DNA from: an uncultured Clostridia bacterium
GTDB taxonomy: Bacteria; Bacillota; Clostridia; Tissierellales; Dethiosulfatibacteraceae
Reading direction: 5' to 3'
DNA length: 41,481 nucleotides
Assembly: GCA_964523535.1 (NCBI GenBank)
Contig: CAZFYP010000002.1
Coordinates: forward strand, 1-41,481
Positions 19,801-28,009 of this stretch are shown one piece after another. The translations under genes were made by a program, and so were the position numbers. The notes below the pieces were generated by a model, which was not told the origin of the DNA, searched no databases, and was given only the letters and a program-made list of their open reading frames with translations. Every line of letters starts with the position of its first letter. Positions within the stretch are counted from its first letter, which is position 1.

Positions 19801-19958
19801 AGTTCTTTTTCAAGGGACTGACAAATGGATTTGCTGTCTGATGAAAGGCATCCTGCTCCGTAACACAGGTTTATGGTATGCCTGTAAAGCTTCAGTCTGT
19901 CATTGAATTCTGTGGATATGATTTTCAGGTCTTCTGCATTCCTAATAGTTTTCGACAT
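16860..19958 (-). CDS. hydB: HydB/NuoF-like FMN/NADH diaphorase subunit fused to a C-terminal GltD/NfnL-like FAD/NAD(P)H oxidoreductase
   Basis: N-half: CYGAGC..CMGMC [2Fe-2S], SGLRGRGGGGFPTG, NADEGDPGAFMDR, GAGAFVCGEET, GGPSGG, ESCGKCVACR..CGLG; C-half: PCENACP, CGDICTHPCE, GAGPSG, GGGSTAID, YRRR, FAGGD, EAMRCLRC. Confidence 0.93.
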   Translation of the reverse strand: MSKTIRNAEDLKIISTEFNDRLKLYRHTINLCYGAGCLSSDSKSICQSLEKELEDKGLVQSVKINNTGCMGMCAEGPMMVVNPGMTLYCRLTEDKIREIVDSHIINGNIVEKYCYLDKKTKEYIPKMEDIEFYRKQYKIVLKNCGRIDFNSLEEYIANDGYSALEKVLSSMSREETIEEIAKSGLRGRGGGGFPTGLKWKLAMKTEASNKYVICNADEGDPGAFMDRSLIEGDPHSVIEGMMIAGYSIGANKGVVYVRAEYPLAIDRLDKAIHKARESGLLGENIFDSGFNFDIEVRIGAGAFVCGEETALMNSVEGRRGEPRQKPPYPSDEGLFKKPTIINNVETFGNIASIILKGAHWFTSIGTENSKGTKIFALAGDINNTGIIEVPMGISLGEIVYDIGGGIPGDKKFKVAQTGGPSGGCITGEYLNTPIDYDSLKELGAIMGSGGLVCMDEDTCMVDVARYFMEFVQDESCGKCVACRIGTKRMLEILERITLGQGSKKDIEDLKDLGQVIKDTALCGLGQTAPNPVLSTLDYFMDEYLDHIEEGYCTAGVCGELFLSPCENACPAGINVPGYLALVARGRIEDAYNLIRQENPFPAVCGDICTHPCEYKCRRAQIDEAIAISDIKKYIAEQVLNSDKPITTSVLPKNGKKVAVIGAGPSGLTCGYYLARLGYDIDVFEEQDVAGGVLAFGIPQYRLPKEILKKEIDSIRQAGVNIILNHKVGKDIEFQELKNNYHAVYIATGTQFSRKVGIDGEDLKGVYHGLDFLKDVNLGKDVAIGKRVAIIGGGSTAIDASRVALRMGAQEVHILYRRRIEDMPADKREVKDALDEGIQIHELVMPLEISGNSENSVEKIICSRIELEGFDSKGRRKPVKKENSDFDFQVDMVIPAVSQYSDFPFIRKDEVELTSYGSFVIDSKNNMTSMEGVFAGGDVVRGSDVVITAIADGKKSAVEIDKYLGGTGDLHKGDQIEIPDDFEEHEIFEHERFPMKVLSADKRKGNFDEVNKGYHRLNAIAEAMRCLRCDRRI

Positions 19959-20448
19959 TTACAGCATCTCCTTTCATATAGGAATTGAGTATCTTCTCAA
20001 CCTTTGTAGGATTAAGTTGCTTGTAAACCTTGTCGTTGATCATTATTGCAGGTGCAAGACCACATGCTCCTATGCAGCGCATGACCTGCAGGGAGAATCG
20101 TCTGTCTTGGCTGGTTTCTCCTACTTCGATTCCTGTCATTTCCTTGATTTTTTCAAGAACTTTTTTACCGCCTCTAACATAGCATGCCGTGCCCAGGCAG
20201 ACGCTAATCATATATTGGCCTTTTGGCTGTGTGGAAAAGAAAGAATAAAAGGACACTACACCGGATACCCTTGAGTAGGGTATATCCATTTCCCGGGAAA
20301 TATATTTCTCTACCTCCATGGGTATGTAGCCGAAAATAACCTGTGCCATGTGAAGGACTTGAATGAGATTGTCTTCATTTGCATGGTAGTCGCTGATAAC
20401 TTGTGAGAGAGTTTCGTACATTTTGTCTTCAGATAATTTAACCGTCAT
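19942..20448 (-). CDS. hydC: HydC/NuoE-like [2Fe-2S] subunit
   Basis: GVVSFYSFF, CLGTACYVRG, CIGACGLAP; GGAGG RBS; overlaps hydB start by 17 nt. Confidence 0.95.
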   Translation of the reverse strand: MTVKLSEDKMYETLSQVISDYHANEDNLIQVLHMAQVIFGYIPMEVEKYISREMDIPYSRVSGVVSFYSFFSTQPKGQYMISVCLGTACYVRGGKKVLEKIKEMTGIEVGETSQDRRFSLQVMRCIGACGLAPAIMINDKVYKQLNPTKVEKILNSYMKGDAVNVENY

Positions 20449-20557
20449 AGATTTTACCTCCGAAAATTTTTGTACTTCAAAAACCTTTATGTATAAACTT
20501 GTGTGTTGGGGAATTGTCTTCTGTGAGCTGAATAAGATGGGTAACTGCTATCTTGAA

Positions 20558-20575
20558 TTGTGAAAAATTTATCTT
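20558..20575. promoter_or_regulatory. Candidate Rex operator at the hyd transcription start
   Basis: TTGTGAAAAATTTATCTT: one perfect Rex half-site (TTGTGAA), degenerate second half, just downstream of the minus-strand -10. Confidence 0.45.
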
Positions 20576-20581
20576 ATTTTA

Positions 20582-20610
20582 ATTATACTGCAAATAGTTG
20601 CGATAGGCAA
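20582..20610 (-). promoter_or_regulatory. sigmaA promoter of hydCBA
   Basis: Minus strand TTGCCT-N17-TATAAT. Confidence 0.7.
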
Positions 20611-20713
20611 ATAAGCTTGCCATAGCAAGGATTGTGGCTGTTTGAGCCAGGGGTTTATTGTTGCTTTACAAGGCGGTAAATGTCAGAAAAGAGTTTAATT
20701 TACAGGTTTGTAG

Positions 20714-20745
20714 AAAAAAAGCGAGCCGGCATTATGGCCGACTCG
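20714..20745 (-). terminator. Intrinsic terminator after GH73 gene
   Basis: Minus strand CGAGTCGGC-CATAAT-GCCGGCTCG-C-TTTTTTT. Confidence 0.8.
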
Positions 20746-20752
20746 ATGATTC

Positions 20753-23368
20753 TTATATGGAAACCCTGTCAAGGTCAATGAGGTCGTAGTGGTTGATTAT
20801 GTAGATGAGCTTGATTGGATAGTCAGGGTCTGTTGCATAGCCTGCCCGTCTTATGGCAAAGGCTCCCAGGGTGTAATCATACATGACATCCCTGAATCCT
20901 TGGTACCTTTCCAGTTCCAGGAGGAGTTTCTTGTGGTCCACCCAGCTTTCATCAGGTGTGTCATAGGCCCTGAAGTAGTCATCGCATCTGAAGGATACTC
21001 CGTTGTATACCTCCCATGTGTTGACTATTACAGACCCGTTAGATCCGCTTCCCTTTATACCGAAAAGGTTGTTTGAAAAGGTGCCATTATACTTGTCTAC
21101 AGGTATGTACTGGCCCCAACCTGTTTCAAGGATTGCCTGGGCAGTCTGAAGAGCTGCAGACATTCCTGTCTTGAGGTAGGATTCAACTGCCATTTCCGCA
21201 GCCATTTCCTTGAATTCCATTTTTTCGGATATTGGCTCCGAGCTGAAGGTTTCACCAAGGAAGACTTCAAGATCAACTGCTTCACTTTCTATTTTTTCAT
21301 CATCATGGTATCCTATGGCATAGATTCTTATGGGGCCGTCATCATATTCGGTAGGTGAATATGTAAGCTTGGTACCTGCATTGACTTCTCCAAGAAGAGT
21401 GGTTTTTCCTGTAGTTAGGTTCTTCATATAGTATTCCACACTGTCCATGTCCATATTGCTTGAAACAGAAAGATTTACATCTCCTGTAAGCACTTGATCC
21501 GGTCCTACACCCTGAAGAAGGAGCTTTGGACTGCTATCTATTGTGACTCTGACAGGATCACTGTCGTGGAAGTTTGAAGGTGATTCTTCCGCATAATTGG
21601 CAGTCAACTGGTCCAGGTATATTGCACCGTCATCCCTTTCGTCATATTCGATTTCCGCAATATATATGCTTTTTAGTGATATGGGATAATTCACACCGTA
21701 AGGAATTTCGGCAGTAACCTTCTTCCATCCATCCCAGTCTACTTCTTCTGCAAAGTCTATCTTGTATAGCTGGTCGTTTGCATCTATTATCCTGCATCGC
21801 AGCCAATGATCGCTGTCATCTCCGTAGACCCACATTGAGAAGCTTGCAGGCTTTCCATCTATTTTTCTTCCATGATCACCAAATTCTATGAAGCTTATGG
21901 ACTGGTCGTCCGGTATCATTGTGGTAAAGTCGTAGGACAGCTTGATTGAATCTCCGTCCTTGCTTCTTGAGGAAGTTTTTATGTCTCCCTGGGAGTCGCT
22001 TGGATATTGTGTCAGCATGAGACCGTCAAGGTCATCAAAATCATGGATTACTTCCTCGTCAGTAATGGCAAGGTCTTCGTATGCAATAGCACCCGTATCC
22101 TTGACCCTTACTATGAGATCCATTTGACCGTCGAATCCGTCTTCTGGAGAAGGGAACCAGTCAAATCCACCGTAGGGCTGTGATTTAAGCAGGGTTTCCC
22201 TTCCCGTGTCAGGGTCCCTTATTATATATTGTGTTTCGGTAACATCATAATTTCGTTTGGCCATGAGTGTAACGGTGCTGTCTATAGTCTCATCATCATA
22301 CACTCCCGATAGGCTCAAGCTTCTGTCAACATCTATTGTCACATGGAGGCTATCTCCTTCATAGCTGTTTCCGTCAGTATCGTAGGCAGTAGCCTTGACT
22401 ATGTATTCGCCTGCCTTTTCAAAGGTTGGCGTGAAGGTATAGGATCCATAGGGATCCATCTCGCTTGTTTTGGTTACCTTTCCTGTTTTTACATTTTGGA
22501 ATTCATAGATTACATACTTTGACAGAAAATTGATGTTGGGATTGATTACAAGCTCTTCATCATGTTTGCTATAGTCCTTGATTCCAGACAATTGGACTTC
22601 CGGCTCCACATCTATGTTAACTGTAACGGCATCTCCTGCAAGGAATTGGCCGTCTTCATCATAGAGAATGGCTGCAAGAACCTTGTTTTCCTCTACTTCT
22701 GTGCCGGGTATGAAGGTTAGTTCTGAATCTGCAAGATCCCTGCTGTCCTTTATGAATCCTGTTCCCAGCTCTCCGTCTATGAGTAGAAGGCGAAGATCGC
22801 CTTCTATATCTTCATACTTTTCTGGAATGTCGATTTCTATATCCATTTTACCTTTTATTGTATCTCCGTTCTTCAGTGAAACCATATCAAGGTCATAGAA
22901 AGGTTCAACATCAGATGATTCTGATGAATCTATGTAGACTGTCCTGCTATCGCCGTCCCAAGAAATGCCTATTCCCAATGCATTGCTTACTACCCTTAAG
23001 GGTACGTAGGTACGGTCATTTATGATTCTAGGTGCTACATCGATTATCTGGTATGATTCTCCCAGATTGTATTGAACCAGCCTGCTGTCTATTATGAGCC
23101 GCAGGTGGTCATCATCCTTGTCTACGGTGACAGTGTAGGTCTCCCCGTCCCATCCTACTTCTGCACCCAGTGCTTCAGCAACAAATCTTACTGGAATAAG
23201 GGTCCTGTTGTCAACGATTACCGGAGCGGATAGGTCTGTAATATCTTCGCCGTCTACCACAAGGTTTATATCCGTGGTCAGCTCTTCGGCTTCTGCAATT
23301 ACGGGTGTCTGGGCCAGGAAAGCCAGCATGGCACCTGCAAGGATTGTTGTCATGATTCTTTTAAACAT
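20753..23368 (-). CDS. Secreted modular cell-wall hydrolase: copper-amine-oxidase N-terminal (stalk) domain, beta-rich repeats, C-terminal GH73 glucosaminidase/FlgJ-like domain
   Basis: Signal peptide; RTLIPVRFVAEALGAEVGWD and RTYVPLRVVS; C-terminal AQAILETGWG, NNLFGIKG, GYATDPDY. Confidence 0.88.
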   Translation of the reverse strand: MFKRIMTTILAGAMLAFLAQTPVIAEAEELTTDINLVVDGEDITDLSAPVIVDNRTLIPVRFVAEALGAEVGWDGETYTVTVDKDDDHLRLIIDSRLVQYNLGESYQIIDVAPRIINDRTYVPLRVVSNALGIGISWDGDSRTVYIDSSESSDVEPFYDLDMVSLKNGDTIKGKMDIEIDIPEKYEDIEGDLRLLLIDGELGTGFIKDSRDLADSELTFIPGTEVEENKVLAAILYDEDGQFLAGDAVTVNIDVEPEVQLSGIKDYSKHDEELVINPNINFLSKYVIYEFQNVKTGKVTKTSEMDPYGSYTFTPTFEKAGEYIVKATAYDTDGNSYEGDSLHVTIDVDRSLSLSGVYDDETIDSTVTLMAKRNYDVTETQYIIRDPDTGRETLLKSQPYGGFDWFPSPEDGFDGQMDLIVRVKDTGAIAYEDLAITDEEVIHDFDDLDGLMLTQYPSDSQGDIKTSSRSKDGDSIKLSYDFTTMIPDDQSISFIEFGDHGRKIDGKPASFSMWVYGDDSDHWLRCRIIDANDQLYKIDFAEEVDWDGWKKVTAEIPYGVNYPISLKSIYIAEIEYDERDDGAIYLDQLTANYAEESPSNFHDSDPVRVTIDSSPKLLLQGVGPDQVLTGDVNLSVSSNMDMDSVEYYMKNLTTGKTTLLGEVNAGTKLTYSPTEYDDGPIRIYAIGYHDDEKIESEAVDLEVFLGETFSSEPISEKMEFKEMAAEMAVESYLKTGMSAALQTAQAILETGWGQYIPVDKYNGTFSNNLFGIKGSGSNGSVIVNTWEVYNGVSFRCDDYFRAYDTPDESWVDHKKLLLELERYQGFRDVMYDYTLGAFAIRRAGYATDPDYPIKLIYIINHYDLIDLDRVSI

Positions 23369-23711
23369 AAAATACCTCCTTCAAGCTTGAATCTGTAAAG
23401 TTTTTTGTAGTAAATACATATAATCATATCTAATATGATAGCATAAAATATGTAGGAAAACCATGAAGGTTAATGAATAAAGACATAAAATTAATGCTAA
23501 GATATATACATTTTAGCTTTTTTCAATAAATTTGATTTCATTTGTTCCTGTAAGAGATTATAATGGATGATAAGGAGTTAACTTGCTGGTGTATTTGCTG
23601 AATAATGTCTTCTAATGATTTTTTAATGTAATCATGATATATTTATAAAGCGACAATATTTGGAATTGATTTGTTTTGCTTAAATTGGACAATTGACTAT
23701 GGAGGTATGAT

Positions 23712-24482
23712 ATGAAAAATAGAATTGGTAGTATAATTGCCAGTATATTCCTGCTTTTGGTTGTAGGGGCTTTGGTATATATGTTTTATGTTCAGACCCT
23801 AAGGATAAGGGATTTGAGAAATAAGGTGGAGACACTGGAAATAAACATTGAAACAATGGAGGGTGAAAAAACTCAAATGGAAGGGTCCCTGGATGCAATG
23901 GAAACAGACCTTGAAGAAAAAAATGAAGAAATCGACAAGCTCAATGACAAGATAGACACAATGGATGACAATGCCGGTGATATCGATGCAATAAGGGAAA
24001 TACTTGAGGATAATTTCAAGAACAATGACAATTATGAAGAAAGGGAAGTACCGGACAATTCTCAAGTAGAAGTTATTTCATTTATTGACATGACCAGTGA
24101 CGAGCTTATCATATATGAAAGCTTCAAGGACGGTTATAATGATGAGATGCTGACTGCTGTTGAACCTTTCACTATCATGAAATTATATCTTTACAGCGGT
24201 TTTATGAAGGATTATGAAACGGAATACGAGTTGTATGTGGACTATGTTGAAGGCGGCATGAACTGGACCAAGGAAGAACATTTGAATTTTCCCGAGGAGG
24301 ACATGAGAGAGGACTATGGAATATTTGAAACCGCCTACGACATGAAGGTTGAAGCCCAGGGTAAATATGCAGTAATCACCTGGAAGAGCGACTATGACAA
24401 TGAAGAAGATTTTTCATATAGCTTTAGTCTCAAAAAGAACGATGACGGTATCTGGAAGGTAAACTTCCTGCCTATGCAGTAG
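23712..24482 (+). CDS. Hypothetical membrane-anchored protein with coiled coil and acidic C-terminal domain
   Basis: GGAGG RBS; single N-terminal TM helix; heptad-rich E/K/D segment about aa 30-95; family not recognised. Confidence 0.8.
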   Translation: MKNRIGSIIASIFLLLVVGALVYMFYVQTLRIRDLRNKVETLEINIETMEGEKTQMEGSLDAMETDLEEKNEEIDKLNDKIDTMDDNAGDIDAIREILEDNFKNNDNYEEREVPDNSQVEVISFIDMTSDELIIYESFKDGYNDEMLTAVEPFTIMKLYLYSGFMKDYETEYELYVDYVEGGMNWTKEEHLNFPEEDMREDYGIFETAYDMKVEAQGKYAVITWKSDYDNEEDFSYSFSLKKNDDGIWKVNFLPMQ

Positions 24483-24555
24483 GTTTTTACAATAAGAATA
24501 CCTATGGATCATATGCTGGAGAAATCCTTTGTGTCAAAAAAGTATATGAATGTGA

Positions 24556-24589
24556 AAGGCAGCCGGTTTCATTATAAACCAGCTGCCTT
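24556..24589. terminator. Terminator hairpin between convergent genes
   Basis: AAGGCAGCCGGTTT-CATTAT-AAACCAGCTGCCTT. Confidence 0.7.
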
Positions 24590-24649
24590 ATTATTTTACT
24601 TTACCTCTAGTAAAATTGAATTGCAAATATCTACATGCTATACTATTGA

Positions 24650-25801
24650 TTAGGCAAGAAACCTGTCAAAATCCTCATTGAGTATTTTTGAAAAGCTTGC
24701 CTGGTGGTCGGAATTGATTGACAAAAACATGAAACCGTAAAGGGAATGAATTTGGTAGTCTGCCTTTCTTATGTCAAGGATTTTACCGTAATGATCACTG
24801 AGGCTGTCGTAATTGAATGTCTTTGACCCCGGTTGGGAGTTTGAAGTTTTTCCCATGACTACAATTGCATATGTAGAATCATTGTCTCCCTTGAATATTC
24901 CCTGCCAGTCAGGTTTTTTATTGTTGAAGAAGCAGTCATATACATTGGTTCCATAGGCATAGTATGCTATGTCCGTTGCACACCATCCTGCAAATCTCAA
25001 AGGATTCATTTCAATTGGAACTATTTTGTCACCTTCTATTCTCACCTCGAAGTGGAAGGGGAAGTTTCTTGTATTTGCATTTTCATTGACCTTGTTGAGT
25101 ATTGTTTTCAATGGTTGCAGATATTCTTTGATTATTGCACGGTTGGTTATATAAAGCTTGTCGTCGACATCGGTTTCAGAGGCGAATATATGCTTGAGTA
25201 TGTTAAGGACAACTACTTGACCGTTTTCATCGAAATAACCGTCTACTGCATATTCGTCACCGGCAATATATTCTTCAATGATATATTCAGAGTGACTTAT
25301 TACTTCCTCGTTGTAGACAGTATCAACCGAGGATGCAAGGTCTTTTATTTCATCCAGTGCCTTTGCCCAGTCTTCCTGGCTGCGTATTGTGTAGACACCG
25401 CAGCTGAAAAAGCCTACATTTGGTTTTAGTACAACAGGAAGCTTGATCTTGCTTATATCGAAATGAGCAAGCTTGTCAAGGGTCAAGCTTGTATAGAAGA
25501 AATCGGGATATAAATCCTTGACTATATTCCTGAAGCCTGCCTTGTCCTTGAAGAGACGTATGGTGTCGCTTTTCTTGTCACAGGGAAGATTTCTATAGAT
25601 CCAGTCAAGTGAACTTTCAGTATTGGTGTAGAGTTTTATGTTTTCATTGTAGTTTTTCATGAATTCTGATGAGTCCACTATCTTCAGATTTTCATTGCCG
25701 GAAAAGTTTGCCGACATTTCATTTTTCAGTATGGGAAGCTTGAGTGATTCAAGTGCTTCTATCATGAGGTCAGAAACATATGGCTTGTCCATTATTATCA
25801 T
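24650..25801 (-). CDS. ATP-grasp domain protein, function unknown
   Basis: DKAGFR, PVVLKPNVGFFSCGV, IIEEYIAGDEYAVD, HFEVR, IEMNPLRFAG. Confidence 0.85.
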   Translation of the reverse strand: MIIMDKPYVSDLMIEALESLKLPILKNEMSANFSGNENLKIVDSSEFMKNYNENIKLYTNTESSLDWIYRNLPCDKKSDTIRLFKDKAGFRNIVKDLYPDFFYTSLTLDKLAHFDISKIKLPVVLKPNVGFFSCGVYTIRSQEDWAKALDEIKDLASSVDTVYNEEVISHSEYIIEEYIAGDEYAVDGYFDENGQVVVLNILKHIFASETDVDDKLYITNRAIIKEYLQPLKTILNKVNENANTRNFPFHFEVRIEGDKIVPIEMNPLRFAGWCATDIAYYAYGTNVYDCFFNNKKPDWQGIFKGDNDSTYAIVVMGKTSNSQPGSKTFNYDSLSDHYGKILDIRKADYQIHSLYGFMFLSINSDHQASFSKILNEDFDRFLA

Positions 25802-25926
25802 ATGAGACTCCTTTGTATATATTTTGAATTAATGTAGAATGTGAATTTTTGCCAATTAAATGGCATATGCTTATAATAGCACGAGCAGTTGTACTTAACA
25901 AGAAAAAATTTAATTGGGAGGGAAAA

Positions 25927-27372
25927 ATGGGAAATGGAATAATGATGCAGGGATTCGAATGGTATCTGTCAGATGACGGTAACTATTACAATATGATGAA
26001 GGAAAAGGCAAGACAACTTAAGGAAAGTGGATTTACAGCCATATGGATACCACCTGTATTCAAGGCCACAGGAATATCTGATGTTGGATACGGCATATAT
26101 GATATGTATGACTTGGGAGAATTCGACCAGAAGGGGTCTGTGAGAACAAAGTATGGAACAAAGGATGAACTCCTTGATATGATAAAGGTTATTCACCGTG
26201 AAGGATTACAGGTATATGCAGATGTGGTCATGAACCACAAGGCAGGTGGAGACGGTACCGAGAAGTTCATGGCGGTAAAGGTGGACTGGGAGGACAGGAC
26301 AAAAGAGCTTGAGCCTCCTAGGGATATCGAGGCCTGGACCTTGTTTGATTTTCCGGGAAGGAATGGAAAATATTCGGACTTCAAATGGAATTTCAATCAT
26401 TTCAGCGGCGTTGACTATGATAATATAAGTGGAGAGAAGGGTATTTTCAGGATTGTGGGAGAAAACAAGGGTTGGAACCTTGGTGTTTCAGGAGAAATGG
26501 GAAATTACGACTATCTCATGTTTGCAGATATAAACCATGCTCATCCTGAGGTCAGGGAAGACTTCAAGAGATGGGCAGAATGGTTTGTCAATGAGACCGG
26601 TGTGGATGGATTCAGACTTGATGCTGTCAAGCATATAGATACTGATTTCATGAAGGATTTCAAAAATTGCCTGAGGGAAAAATTCGGAAATGATTTTTAT
26701 ATCGTAGGTGAATACTGGATCGACAGTCTGGAATCTGAGGAAGGATATCTTAATTCTACTGACTTTGACATAGATATTTTCGACGTAGGCCTCCACTACA
26801 ATTTTTACCAGGCTGGCATCCAGGGACAGGCATATGATCTTAGGTCCATATTCCATAATACGCTAGTAGCCAAATATCCTGGACAAGCAGTGACCTTTGT
26901 GGACAACCATGATTCACAGCCGGGACAGTCACTTCAGTCCTGGGTTGAACCCTGGTTCAAGGAAATGGCCTATGCCTTGATTTTGTTGAGGAAAGCAGGC
27001 TATCCATGTGTCTTTTACGGAGACTACTATGGAACAGAAGGAGAAAATTCCTTTGGAGGCATGAAGGATTCAATAGACAGACTAGTTTATTTAAGAAAGA
27101 ATTGTTGTTTCGGTGAAGAAGATGATTATTTTGAAAATGAAAACCTCATAGGATGGGTAAGAAGGGGAAATGAAGAAAACAATGGCAAAGCTGCTGTCCT
27201 CGTTTCAAACAAGGACGGTGGTGGAATAAGGATGTTCATGGGGGAAGAAAGCAAAGGTGAAATCTACAGGGATTATCTTGGACATAGGGAAGAAGAGGTC
27301 CTTATTGATGACGGGGGCTACGGTGATTTTTTTGTCAATGGTGGCTCCGTCAGTGCATGGATTTGCCAATAG
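25927..27372 (+). CDS. Cytoplasmic alpha-amylase (GH13, AmyA/AmyS type)
   Basis: MMQGFEWY, YDLGEFDQKG, DVVMNH, GFRLDAVKH, GEYW, FVDNHD; ATG 25927 follows GGGAGG; no signal peptide. Confidence 0.95.
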   Translation: MGNGIMMQGFEWYLSDDGNYYNMMKEKARQLKESGFTAIWIPPVFKATGISDVGYGIYDMYDLGEFDQKGSVRTKYGTKDELLDMIKVIHREGLQVYADVVMNHKAGGDGTEKFMAVKVDWEDRTKELEPPRDIEAWTLFDFPGRNGKYSDFKWNFNHFSGVDYDNISGEKGIFRIVGENKGWNLGVSGEMGNYDYLMFADINHAHPEVREDFKRWAEWFVNETGVDGFRLDAVKHIDTDFMKDFKNCLREKFGNDFYIVGEYWIDSLESEEGYLNSTDFDIDIFDVGLHYNFYQAGIQGQAYDLRSIFHNTLVAKYPGQAVTFVDNHDSQPGQSLQSWVEPWFKEMAYALILLRKAGYPCVFYGDYYGTEGENSFGGMKDSIDRLVYLRKNCCFGEEDDYFENENLIGWVRRGNEENNGKAAVLVSNKDGGGIRMFMGEESKGEIYRDYLGHREEEVLIDDGGYGDFFVNGGSVSAWICQ

Positions 27373-27389
27373 ACATAAAGGAGAACAAT

Positions 27390-27932
27390 GTGGACAATAA
27401 AAAGAGTTTAAACATATATAGCTTCCGTTTGCTTGAGGAAGATGATATTGAAGGTTTCTGCCATATAGCAAGGTGGGACAACGACCCTGACATAGCATAT
27501 TTGATTACTCCAAATCTTCATGGAGGACATCTGAGAACAGTATCCAGCCTTATGCTTCAGGTCAGCTATGAAAGAAGCATGGCAAAGGAAATCTACATGA
27601 TCTACTGCCATGACAGGATAGTGGGTTCCGTATCCCTTGATATGAATCCTGAACAACTTGCAAGAAAGGATGAAGCTTCCGGCTGGCTTGGTATAGTAAT
27701 AGGAGAAAAAGAATATCAGGGCAAGGGTGGTGGAAGAGCGGCAATGGAATTCATAGAAAACCGAGCCCGAGATCTTGGTGCCACCAGGATGGAACTTGGA
27801 GTCTTTGCCTTCAACAAACAGGCAATCGGCTTTTATGAACAACTGGGATACAAAAGGTTTCATGTAGTAGAGGAGTTTACATTTTACAAAGGTGACTGGC
27901 ATGATGATTATAGGATGGAGAAGAAACTATAG
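27390..27932 (+). CDS. GNAT family N-acetyltransferase
   Basis: YQGKGGGR acetyl-CoA motif, NKQAIGFYEQLGY; GTG 27390 follows AAGGAG. Confidence 0.85.
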   Translation: MDNKKSLNIYSFRLLEEDDIEGFCHIARWDNDPDIAYLITPNLHGGHLRTVSSLMLQVSYERSMAKEIYMIYCHDRIVGSVSLDMNPEQLARKDEASGWLGIVIGEKEYQGKGGGRAAMEFIENRARDLGATRMELGVFAFNKQAIGFYEQLGYKRFHVVEEFTFYKGDWHDDYRMEKKL

Positions 27933-28009
27933 CTTGTTGGAATCTGAAAAAAATAATATAATATTAGCTACAGACCAAGCTAAGGAAATAGGAAAAGGAT
28001 GGGTATAAT

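Noticed and set aside
25849-25926. N-terminal extension of the amylase as a signal peptide
   Set aside because: The RBS precedes ATG 25927 and the extension lacks a proper hydrophobic core
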